Shown here: positions 25,688 to 36,747 of the stretch, piece after piece
Position numbering within the stretch: the first letter of the stretch is position 1
Layout of the letters: each line of letters starts with the position of its first letter
DNA from: Paragordius varius
Lineage: Eukaryota; Animalia; Nematomorpha
Assembly (NCBI GenBank): GCA_964247055.1
Contig: OZ176060.1
Coordinates: forward strand, 620,001 to 684,000
DNA: 64,000 bases
Direction of reading: 5' to 3'
Program-made: the position numbers and the translations under genes
Notes under the pieces: model-generated
Seen by the model: only the letters and a program-made list of their open reading frames with translations
Told to the model about the DNA's origin: nothing
Databases searched by the model: none

Positions 25688-26061
25688 TTTTTACGTTTGA
25701 CAAAGATTACTTGTGGTAATCGAAAATTGATAATAAATCTACATCATTTAAGCTAAATTAAATATGCATATATAAAAATACAATAACGTTCAATTTTTAT
25801 AAATAATCAATTCTGTTCATGTGCCCCTATTTATATTCTTTTTAGTATTCTTAGCATTCTTAATTTATTATTATTGAAAAAATTGTTGTCAATTTATTGT
25901 TCGAAGGTATATTTTCTCCAGTTTATTCGATTGTAAGCGAGTGTTGTTAGCTGTTGTGAATAAAGATATATTCCTTAAATTATTTCTCTCACAATAAATA
26001 CAAAATTATATATATTTATTATTTTCCGATTACTACAAGTAATCTTTGTCAAACGTAAAAA
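25688..26061. mobile_element. MITE-like element with about 35-bp terminal inverted repeats (different family)
   Basis: acgtttgacaaagattacttgtggtaatcgaaaa (25693-25726) versus ttttccgattactacaagtaatctttgtcaaacgt (26022-26056). Confidence 0.6.
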
Positions 26062-26259
26062 ATAAAATAATATTTAATTTTTTTTTAAGTTAGACAAAGA
26101 AATATAATATTCATAATAAATTTATAAAATTTTAGCTGAATAATTGCATATATAATAAATACAAAACTTCAGCTTTTTTCTCAAAAATAAATTCAATAAA
26201 ATATTTTATGTTCTACATATGCTCGTGATTATTTTCCAATTAAATTATATATGGTATTA

Positions 26260-26555
26260 CAGTAAAAGCAATATTATACGGACAAAAAATAAAAGTATAA
26301 AGGCAAATATTTTTAAAAAACAACCATACTTTTTAAAACCTAAATGTTTCCCATATAAGCTACTTAGTTACGATTGTAAAATGAATAATTGTGTTAGTAA
26401 TATATATATATATATATATATATCTATTTTTGTCATTTCAAACAATGAGTTACATTTAAATAAATAAAGACTTAAAAAGTATGGTTGTCTTTTAGAAAAA
26501 AATATTTGCATAGATGAAATTTTATGTTTTGTCCATATAATTTCAGTTTTTACTG
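26260..26555. mobile_element. Tc1/pogo-like MITE with TA target duplication (best-preserved copy)
   Basis: ta|CAGTAAAAGCAATATTATACGGACAAAA...TTTTGTCCATATAATTTCAGTTTTTACTG|ta, with about 80-bp imperfect TIRs. Confidence 0.75.
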
Positions 26556-26763
26556 TAATTCGTTTCTTGTTTAATTTTTTAATTATATTCTCCATTTTTA
26601 GCGCATACTTAGATTTTTCTACTCACGCTTATGAGGAACCACTGTCCTAAAATCTTTTTACGCTTATGTGGGTTAAAATGATTATTCTAATGACCGAAAT
26701 TTGGGCAGAAGTATAAAAGGAATTTTTCAAGGGCCATTAAAATACCGATATATATATCATTTA

Positions 26764-27752
26764 CAATACAAAATCACCCTTAAATTTGAATTTCCCCTCT
26801 TAAACCATTCAAAAACTATTCAGGTTCAGTCCCTTGAATAAAAATTCACCCCATCGAACAATTGAAATTGACCCTTTAACAATTCAATATACTTCGAACA
26901 ATTTAATAACCTTTAACAATACAAATTCACCCTCGAACAATTTTTCACACCCTTAAACAATTCAAATTCATCCTTGAAGAGTTAAAATTCAACCTGAACA
27001 ATTCAAAAATTATTCAAATTCAGCCCCTTGAACAATAAAAATTCACCCCATCGAACAATTGAAATTGACTCTTTAACAATTCAAATTCACTCTCGAACAA
27101 TTGTTCACCCCCTTAAGCAATTCAAATTCAATCTTGAAGAGTTCAAAATAGCCTGAACAATTTAAATCACCATACAATTATGTGTTTTCAAGTTGCTAAT
27201 ACTCATTATTAAAGTGAAACATATCTTTATGGCGCATAATTGATTATTTTTTTAGTTATTTTTATTTTAAACAAAATTCATTTATTATAAATATGTATAA
27301 AAAATATAAATAATATTTAAACTTTAAAAAAGACAAAATTTATTTGAGGGTGAATTTGAAGTATTCAAGGGGATGAATTTAAATTGTTTAAGGTAAATTT
27401 GAATTGTACAAGAAGGTAAATTTGAATTGTTCAAGGGGGTGAATTTGAATTGTTCAAGAAGGTAAATTTGAATTGTCCAAGGGTAAATTAGAATTATTCA
27501 AGGGTGAATTTAAATTGTATAAGGGAGTAAATTTGAAAAATTCTAGGGTGAATTTAAATTGTTCAAGGGTGAATTTAAATTGTTTTAGGGGATAATTATA
27601 TTTGGAGGGTGAATATAAATAGTTCGAGGGGGTGAATCTGAACTGTTCAAGGGTTAATTTAAATTGTTAATGGTATATAATATTAAATTGTTGGAGGGTT
27701 AATTTGAATAGTTAAGAGGGGGAATTTGAATTGTTCAAGGAGGTGAATTTCA
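26764..27752. mobile_element. Foldback-like element: inverted arms made of tandem 20-22-bp units around an AT-rich core
   Basis: Left arm units caattcaaattcaccc(t/c)tgaa (26764-27172), right arm units ttcaagggtgaatttgaattg (27345-27752). Confidence 0.7.
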
Positions 27753-28374
27753 ACTCTAAATGGTATAACTATTGAATTTTTTGCTTAATACTAATGACAT
27801 AAAAATTATGATTATAAATTACTAGACAAATAATCCTGCTAAATCGGAAACCTGGATTAAAAAACGTTTGCCTCAAGTCTGCAAGAAAAACAAAAAATAA
27901 AATTATCTTTTTTAGTTTTAGGAAAACAGTTGGGAATTGTGTAACACAATAATATTTATTTGCCAAAAATATTTTATAAATGATTGATAAAAATGCGAAA
28001 AACGCCATCTTAATATTTATAAGGACATTGTATAGAGATTAAACTTAATTATAACTCATTGTTTTAAACTACAAAGTATAAAAAAGAACTGTAAATTGAT
28101 AAAATAATCAAATATATATATTATATATCATTTATAGGGAAAAACATTAGATTTAAAAAGTATGGGGTTGTCTTTTTAGAAATAAACTTTAGTCTTTATA
28201 TTTTACGTATTATCCAATTATTTCTTTTACTGTAATAGATAATTATATTTCTTGTCTGAAGATTGTATGGATTTGAATAATGTAAATTCCCTGATTTATT
28301 TAGTTAATTAGTGATTAATATATATAAAGTATGAGTAATATATTGATAGAAAGTAAATTATCAAATAAAAAATT

Positions 28375-28699
28375 TCTCTCTCTCTCTCTCTCTCACAATT
28401 CACTCTTTCATTCATCTCTCTTCTTCTCTCTCTCTCTCTCTCTCTCTAAAAATAATGTGAGTGAGTGAGAGAGAGAGTGAATGTGTTTGTTGACTAATAT
28501 ATATCTCATTCTCTCTCTCTCTCTCTCTCTCTCACAATTCACTCTTTCATTCATCTCTCTTCTTCTCTCTCTCTCTCTCTCTCTCTAAAAATAATGTGAG
28601 TGAGTGAGAGAGAGAGTGAATGTGTTTGTTGACTAATATATATCTCATTCTCTCTCTCTCTCTCTCTCTCTCACAATTCACTCTTTCATTCATCTCTCT

Positions 28700-28732
<33 letters not shown>

Positions 28733-28872
28733 AAAATAATGTGAGTGAGTGAGTGAGTGAGTGAGTGAGTGAGTGAGTGAGTGAGAGAGTGAATGTGTTT
28801 GTTGACTAATATATATCTCATTCACTCTCTCTCTCTCTCTCTCACAATTCACTCTTTCATTCATCTCTCTCT

Positions 28873-28905
<33 letters not shown>

Positions 28906-29035
28906 AAAATAATGTGAGTGAGTGAGTGAGTGAGTGAGTGAGTGAGTGAGTGAGTGAGAGAGTGAATGTGTTTGTTGACTAATATATATCTCATTCACTC
29001 TCTCTCTCTCTCTCTCTCACAATTCACTCTTTCAT

Positions 29036-29075
<40 letters not shown>

Positions 29076-29266
29076 ATTCACTCTTTCATTCATCTCTCTT
29101 CTTCTCTCTCTCTCTCTCTCTCTCTCTCTAAAAATAATGTGAGTGAGTGAGTGAGTGAGTGAGTGAGTGAGTGAGTGAGTGAGAGAGTGAATGTGTTTGT
29201 TGACTAATATATATCTCATTCACTCTCTCTCTCTCTCTCTCTCACAATTCACTCTTTCATTCATCT

Positions 29267-29304
<38 letters not shown>

Positions 29305-29438
29305 AAAATAATGTGAGTGAGTGAGTGAGTGAGTGAGTGAGTGAGTGAGTGAGAGAGTGAATGTGTTTGTTGACTAATATATATCTCATTCACTCTCTCT
29401 CTCTCTCTCTCTCTCACAATTCACTCTTTCATTCATCT

Positions 29439-29469
<31 letters not shown>

Positions 29470-29757
29470 AAAAATAATGTGAGTGAGTGAGTGAGTGAGT
29501 GAGAGAGTGAATGTGTTTGTTGACTAATATATATCTCATTCACTCTCTCTCTCTCTCTCTCTCACAATTCACTCTTTCATTCATCTCTCTCTTCTTCTCT
29601 CTCTCTCTCTCTCTCTAAAAATAATGTGAGTGAGTGAGTGAGTGAGTGAGTGAGTGAGTGAGAGAGTGAGAGAGTGAATGTGTTTGTTGACTAATATATA
29701 TCTCATTCTCTCTCTCTCTCTCTCTCTCTCACAATTCACTCATTCATTCATCTCTCT

Positions 29758-29790
<33 letters not shown>

Positions 29791-30071
29791 AAAATAATGT
29801 GAGTGAGTGAGTGAGTGAGTGAGAGAGTGAATGTGTTTGTTGACTAATATATATCTCATTCACTCTCTCTCTCTCTCTCTCACAATTCACTCTTTCATTC
29901 ATCTCTCTCTTCTTCTCTCTCTCTCTCTCTCTCTAAAAATAATGTGAGTGAGTGAGTGAGTGAGTGAGTGAGTGAGTGAGAGAGTGAGAGAGTGAATGTG
30001 TTTGTTGACTAATATATATCTCATTCTCTCTCTCTCTCTCTCTCACAATTCACTCATTCATTCATCTCTCT

Positions 30072-30104
<33 letters not shown>

Positions 30105-30244
30105 AAAATAATGTGAGTGAGTGAGTGAGTGAGTGAGTGAGTGAGTGAGAGAGTGAGAGAGTGAATGTGTTTGTTGACTAATATATATCTCATTCACTCT
30201 CTCTCTCTCTCTCTCACAATTCACTCTTTCATTCATCTCTCTCT

Positions 30245-30277
<33 letters not shown>

Positions 30278-30407
30278 AAAATAATGTGAGTGAGTGAGTG
30301 AGTGAGTGAGTGAGTGAGTGAGTGAGTGAGAGAGTGAATGTGTTTGTTGACTAATATATATCTCATTCACTCTCTCTCTCTCTCTCTCTCACAATTCACT
30401 CTTTCAT

Positions 30408-30447
<40 letters not shown>

Positions 30448-30638
30448 ATTCACTCTTTCATTCATCTCTCTTCTTCTCTCTCTCTCTCTCTCTCTCTCTC
30501 TAAAAATAATGTGAGTGAGTGAGTGAGTGAGTGAGTGAGTGAGTGAGTGAGTGAGAGAGTGAATGTGTTTGTTGACTAATATATATCTCATTCACTCTCT
30601 CTCTCTCTCTCTCTCACAATTCACTCTTTCATTCATCT

Positions 30639-30676
<38 letters not shown>

Positions 30677-30810
30677 AAAATAATGTGAGTGAGTGAGTGA
30701 GTGAGTGAGTGAGTGAGTGAGTGAGAGAGTGAATGTGTTTGTTGACTAATATATATCTCATTCACTCTCTCTCTCTCTCTCTCTCTCACAATTCACTCTT
30801 TCATTCATCT

Positions 30811-30841
<31 letters not shown>

Positions 30842-31129
30842 AAAAATAATGTGAGTGAGTGAGTGAGTGAGTGAGAGAGTGAATGTGTTTGTTGACTAAT
30901 ATATATCTCATTCACTCTCTCTCTCTCTCTCTCTCACAATTCACTCTTTCATTCATCTCTCTCTTCTTCTCTCTCTCTCTCTCTCTCTAAAAATAATGTG
31001 AGTGAGTGAGTGAGTGAGTGAGTGAGTGAGTGAGAGAGTGAGAGAGTGAATGTGTTTGTTGACTAATATATATCTCATTCTCTCTCTCTCTCTCTCTCTC
31101 TCACAATTCACTCATTCATTCATCTCTCT

Positions 31130-31162
<33 letters not shown>

Positions 31163-31443
31163 AAAATAATGTGAGTGAGTGAGTGAGTGAGTGAGAGAGT
31201 GAATGTGTTTGTTGACTAATATATATCTCATTCACTCTCTCTCTCTCTCTCTCACAATTCACTCTTTCATTCATCTCTCTCTTCTTCTCTCTCTCTCTCT
31301 CTCTCTAAAAATAATGTGAGTGAGTGAGTGAGTGAGTGAGTGAGTGAGTGAGAGAGTGAGAGAGTGAATGTGTTTGTTGACTAATATATATCTCATTCTC
31401 TCTCTCTCTCTCTCTCACAATTCACTCATTCATTCATCTCTCT

Positions 31444-31476
<33 letters not shown>

Positions 31477-31616
31477 AAAATAATGTGAGTGAGTGAGTGA
31501 GTGAGTGAGTGAGTGAGTGAGAGAGTGAGAGAGTGAATGTGTTTGTTGACTAATATATATCTCATTCTCTCTCTCTCTCTCTCTCTCTCACAATTCACTC
31601 ATTCATTCATCTCTCT

Positions 31617-31649
<33 letters not shown>

Positions 31650-31757
31650 AAAATAATGTGAGTGAGTGAGTGAGTGAGTGAGAGAGTGAATGTGTTTGTT
31701 GACTAATATATATCTCATTCACTCTCTCTCTCTCTCTCTCACAATTCACTCTTTCAT

Positions 31758-31798
<41 letters not shown>

Positions 31799-32678
31799 AA
31801 AATAATGTGAGTGAGTGAGTGAGTGAGTGAGTGAGTGAATGTGTTTGTTGACTAATATATATCTCATTCACTCTCTCTCTCTCTCTCTCTCTCACAATTC
31901 ACTCTTTCATTCATCTCTCTTCTTCTCTCTCTCTCTCTCTCTCTAAAAATAATGTGAGTGAGTGAGTGAGTGAGTGAGTGAGAGAGTGAATGTGTTTGTT
32001 GACTAATATATATCTCATTCACTCTCTCTCTCTCTCTCTCTCACAATTCACTCTTTCATTCATCTCTCTTCTCTCTCTCTCTCTCTCTCTCTAAAAATAA
32101 TGTGAGTGAGTGAGTGAGTGAGTGAGTGAGAGAGTGAATGTGTTTGTTGACTAATATATATCTCATTCACTCTCTCTCTCTCTCTCTCTCACAATTCACT
32201 CTTTCATTCATCTCTCTTCTCTCTCTCTCTCTCTCTCTAAAAATAATGTGAGTGAGTGAGTGAGTGAGTGAGTGAGTGAGTGAGTGAGTGAGTGAGTGAG
32301 AGAGTGAATGTGTTTGTTGACTAATATATATCTCATTCACTCTCTCTCTCTCTCTCTCACAATTCACTCTTTCATTCATCTCTCTTCTTCTCTCTCTCTC
32401 TCTCTCTCTCTAAAAATAATGTGAGTGAGTGAGTGAGTGAGTGAGTGAGAGAGTGAATGTGTTTGTTGACTAATATATATCTCATTCACTCTCTCTCTCT
32501 CTCTCTCTCACAATTCACTCTTTCATTCATCTCTCTTCTCTCTCTCTCTCTCTCTCTCTAAAAATAATGTGAGTGAGTGAGTGAGTGAGTGAGTGAGAGA
32601 GTGAATGTGTTTGTTGACTAATATATATCTCATTCACTCTCTCTCTCTCTCTCTCACAATTCACTCTTTCATTCATCT

Positions 32679-32720
<42 letters not shown>

Positions 32721-33002
32721 AAAATAATGTGAGTGAGTGAGTGAGTGAGTGAGTGAGTGAGTGAGAGAGTGAGAGAGTGAATGTGTTTGTTGACTAATAT
32801 ATATCTCATTCTCTCTCTCTCTCTCTCTCTCACAATTCACTCTTTCATTCATCTCTCATCTTCTTCTCTCTCTCTCTCTCTCTCTCTAAAAATAATGTGA
32901 GTGAGTGAGTGAGTGAGTGAATGTGTTTGTTGATTAATATATATCTCATTCACTCTCTCTCTCTCTCTCTCTCTCACAATTCACTCATTCATTCATCTCT
33001 CT

Positions 33003-33035
<33 letters not shown>

Positions 33036-33258
33036 AAAATAATGTGAGTGAGTGAGTGAGAGAGTGAATGTGTTTGTTGACTAATATATATCTCATTCAC
33101 TCTCTCTCTCTCTCTCTCACAATTCACTCTTTCATTCATCTCTCATCTTCTTCTCTCTCTCTCTCTCTCTCTCTAAAAATAATATGAGTGAGTGAGTGAG
33201 TGAGTGAGTGAGTGAGAGAGTGAATGTGTTTGTTGACTAATATATATCTCATTCACAA
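28375..33258. repeat. Composite satellite, about 30 units of about 140-230 bp built from (CT)n and (GAGT)n tracts
   Basis: Unit: (ct)n cacaattcactctttcattcatctct..(ct)n aaaaataatgt (gagt)n gagagagtgaatgtgtttgttgactaatatatatctcattca. I counted 30 aaaaataat anchors. Confidence 0.95.
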
Positions 33259-33780
33259 TTCAAATTTACCTTTGAACAATTCAAATTCATCCTTGAACAG
33301 TTCAAATTAACCCTTAAAGAGTTCAAATTCACCCTTAAACGATTCACATTAATCCTTTTTAAAAATTCCAAATTTATTCTTAAACAATTCAAATTCCCTT
33401 TCTAGAAACAATTCAAATTCACCCTTAAAAAATATTTAACCTAAAAAATATGTTTAAGGGCTAATATCTACCATTTACAGTTTAGATTCATTCTTGAACA
33501 AATTAAAATCACTTCCTCGAAAAATTCAAAATCACACTTGAATAATTCAATTTTACATTTGATATAAAATCATCTGTTTACAGGCAGCTTTTATAACTCA
33601 TTATTAATATGAAATATATACTTTTTTAAGTTTTTTTAAAAATTATGATAATTTTAAAAGATATTTCATTTTTTAAAAAAAAAACATATATAAAAAATAT
33701 GGATAATTTTTATAATCTAAAAAACATAATTTATTTGAGGGTGAATTCGAATTGTTACAGGGTTAATTTAATTTTTTAAA
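33255..33780. mobile_element. Second, truncated copy of the foldback-like element
   Basis: It has the same 20-22-bp units (33255-33560), the same core (actcattatta..tgaaa) and the start of the right arm (tttgagggtgaattcgaattg at about 33733). Confidence 0.65.
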
Positions 33781-35001
33781 TTTAATTACCTTATTTATAA
33801 ATTTTATTAAAAAAAATCTTAAATTAATTAATATTTATTAGAATAAATATAAACAATTATTATATATATATATATATATATATATTCGACACATACATAC
33901 ATTCACATAAAAATACAAATCAGCTGTGATAATGAAATTAGCATATAAAGAAAAAAACATATGTTTGCAAATAAAATTAATTATATTTATATAAACTAAA
34001 TAATTAATATATAAAATTTTTATTTATAAAATATTTAATTATAAAAACTTATAAATATTAAAGAAAAACAGCTGTAATTAAGATTTTGAAGCACATATGA
34101 TAAAATGAATGGCAAATCATATATTTATAATTTTTTAAACTATATAAATGGAGAAAAATAACTAAATTTATAAAAAAAATTATATATATATATAAACACA
34201 ATTAATAGTATAAATAAATAATTTTTAAATATAATTTTTAATTTATTTCAGAACATAAATTCAAAAGAAAATCACATTTTTAAAAATAAAAAATATCAAA
34301 TAAAGAAAACATGATAAATTAATATGTTTGATCCCGTAAAAATTCGTTAAATATGGAATTTTCTAGAATTATATATCAAATGTGTATTATTTTGAAAAAA
34401 AATGTTGACAAATAATTAAAGAGTTTGGATGAATGAATGACTTAAATCAGGTGTTGGCGCGAATAAAGCACCATATGTAAAAATATATTTAATTTTGAAA
34501 TTTTTACCAATCAGATGTTTTTAATCCACAAATGGTTGCGTGAATGAATGATATTTTTATTTTTTAATTTTAACCGCTTTTGTTAATATTTTATGAAACG
34601 AAGTTTCCAATATTCATCAGCTGTGCAAGAACATATGGTTTTTTTAATCCAAAATTTAGGCTTTATAATGAAAGTTATAAAATTATCAGCTGTTTTAGAC
34701 ATGTGAGCGCATGAATGAATGTATAAATGAATGAATGAGCCAAAGATATCTGGTTTGTTGTAATTTTCGGTTTTGTGTAAAAATAAAGATTGGTCCTTTT
34801 TCATTTTTTTTCTAAAAAATATATAAATAATTTAATTAAAAATAAATTATTTTGGTTTTTTTGTTGTTTGAAAAAATTAATATTTAAATACTTAAAATCA
34901 GCAAATTATTTGAAAAACTCGGTAGACTTATCCTATTTTTTAAATTATTATATAAAAATATGCTCAGATGCATGATTGCAAAACAAAAATCACATGATTA
35001 A

Positions 35002-36449
35002 TCATGTCTTGGAAACGAGCATTATACTAACAATAACTCCGTAAAGACCCAAAACTTTCGAAAAAAATAAAAATCTTAACTTTTTAAAAATAATAAAATT
35101 TTCTTATACAGCTGTTTTTTACACCTGATTTTTATGCATGAATGTAGCACATGTTAATTTGACTGTTTAATACCATCTGATTTCATAAAATCACCTGATT
35201 AATTATTTCTTGGAAACAAGCATAATACTAACAATTAGTCCGTATAACCCCAAAACTTCAGCATAAATAAGTAAAAGAATCATATTTTAAGACAAATTGA
35301 TATGAAACAGCTGTTTATGTAATTTAAATATTTTCAAAAATGCATAAATATAAACATTTTTCCCCATTTTAATGCATGAATGATTAAACATATCTATTGA
35401 TAAATCACCTGATTAATCATTTCTTGGAAACCAGCATTATACTAACAATTAGTCCGTATAGACCCAACACTTTAGCAATAATAAGTATAAGAATCATATT
35501 TTATGACAAATCTGATACATTTTAAATATAAAACAGCTGTTTATGTAATATTTTCAAAAAGTGCATAAATATAAACATAAGTTAACACTTGTTTTTAGGA
35601 ATGAATCAAGAAACACATGTTAATAATTAAATGTACAAAATCACCTGTTCAATTATTTCTTGGAAACGAGCATAATACTAACAATTAGTCCGTATAATCC
35701 CAAAACTTCAGCAAAAATATTTAACTTTTTTTCGAAAAAAATCAATTTTTATCTCAAGCATGGTTAATAAAAAAATAATGAATCGACAGCTGTTTATTTT
35801 TACACCTGTTTTTATGCATGAATGTAAATACAAATGCTAAATCAACTTTTTAATATCATCTGATTTTATTAAATCACCTGATTTAATCATTTCTTGGAAA
35901 CGAGCATTATACTAACAATAAGTCCGTATAGCCCCAACACTTCGGCAAAAATAAGAAGATGAATTTTAATTTTTTTAAAAATGTAATTTCCATCTACTTC
36001 GTTAAATAATAACAAATCCTAATTCTTAAACAGCTGTTTATACCTGATTCTTTAAAACATATGTTCAGATGTATGAATGATTAAACATATCTATTGATAA
36101 ATCACCTGTTTTCATTTCTTGGAAACAAGCATTATACTAACAATTAGTCCGTATAGACCCAACACTTCAGCAAAAATAAGAATTAAACTTTTTTTAAAAA
36201 ATATAAATTCTTATCTTAACTTATATAGGTTAAAAAAATAAATCGATAGTCAAAATTAATGATTTAACAGCCTTTTTACACGTGATTCTTATAAAACATA
36301 TGCTGGCACTTATTTTTAGGAATGAATGCAAAACACATGTTTTATTATTAATTCACCTGATTTTAATCCAATTATTTCTTGGAAACCAACATAATACTAA
36401 CAATTAGTCCGTATAGCCCCAATACTTCCGCAAAAATAAGTATAAGAAT
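35002..36449 (-). repeat. Seven tandem partial copies of the 3' end of V-ATPase c exon 5 (about 65-80 nt each, including the stop codon)
   Basis: Copies at 35002-35068, 35203-35283, 35417-35497, 35653-35718, 35887-35955, 36112-36180 and 36372-36449. Each translates close to (LI)[20 protein letters not shown]. Confidence 0.93.
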
Positions 36450-36607
36450 TATTTTAAATTTATAATTTTAAGACAAATCGGATATATTTGAGATATAACT
36501 GTTTCTAAAATTATTAAATTTTTAAAAAGTGCATAAATATAAACATATGCTTCCCCCTTTTAATGCATGAATGTAAAAACATATGATTAAATAAATCACC
36601 TGATTAA

Positions 36608-36747
36608 TCATTTCTTGGAAACAAGCATTATACTGACAATAAGTCCGTACAGACCCAAAACTTCTGCAAAAATAAGTATAAGAATCATTCCCACAAACAA
36701 ACGAGGTTGTTGTGCTGTTCCACGGACTCCTGCATCTCCAACAATAC
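36608..36747 (-). CDS. ATP6V0C: V-ATPase c coding exon 5 (last)
   Basis: tttttag|GT ATT GTT GGA GAT GCA ... TCC AAG AAA TGA; 140 nt. Confidence 0.95.

Noticed and set aside
28995-32379. ORFs with ERERER / THSL repeats
   Set aside because: These are translations of (GA)n and (ACTC)n satellite tracts with no coding signal.
35002-36449. Copies as conventional alternative last exons
   Set aside because: I found no in-frame AG acceptor with a matching donor that would give a full-length protein. The copies lack the first approximately 20-25 codons of exon 5.
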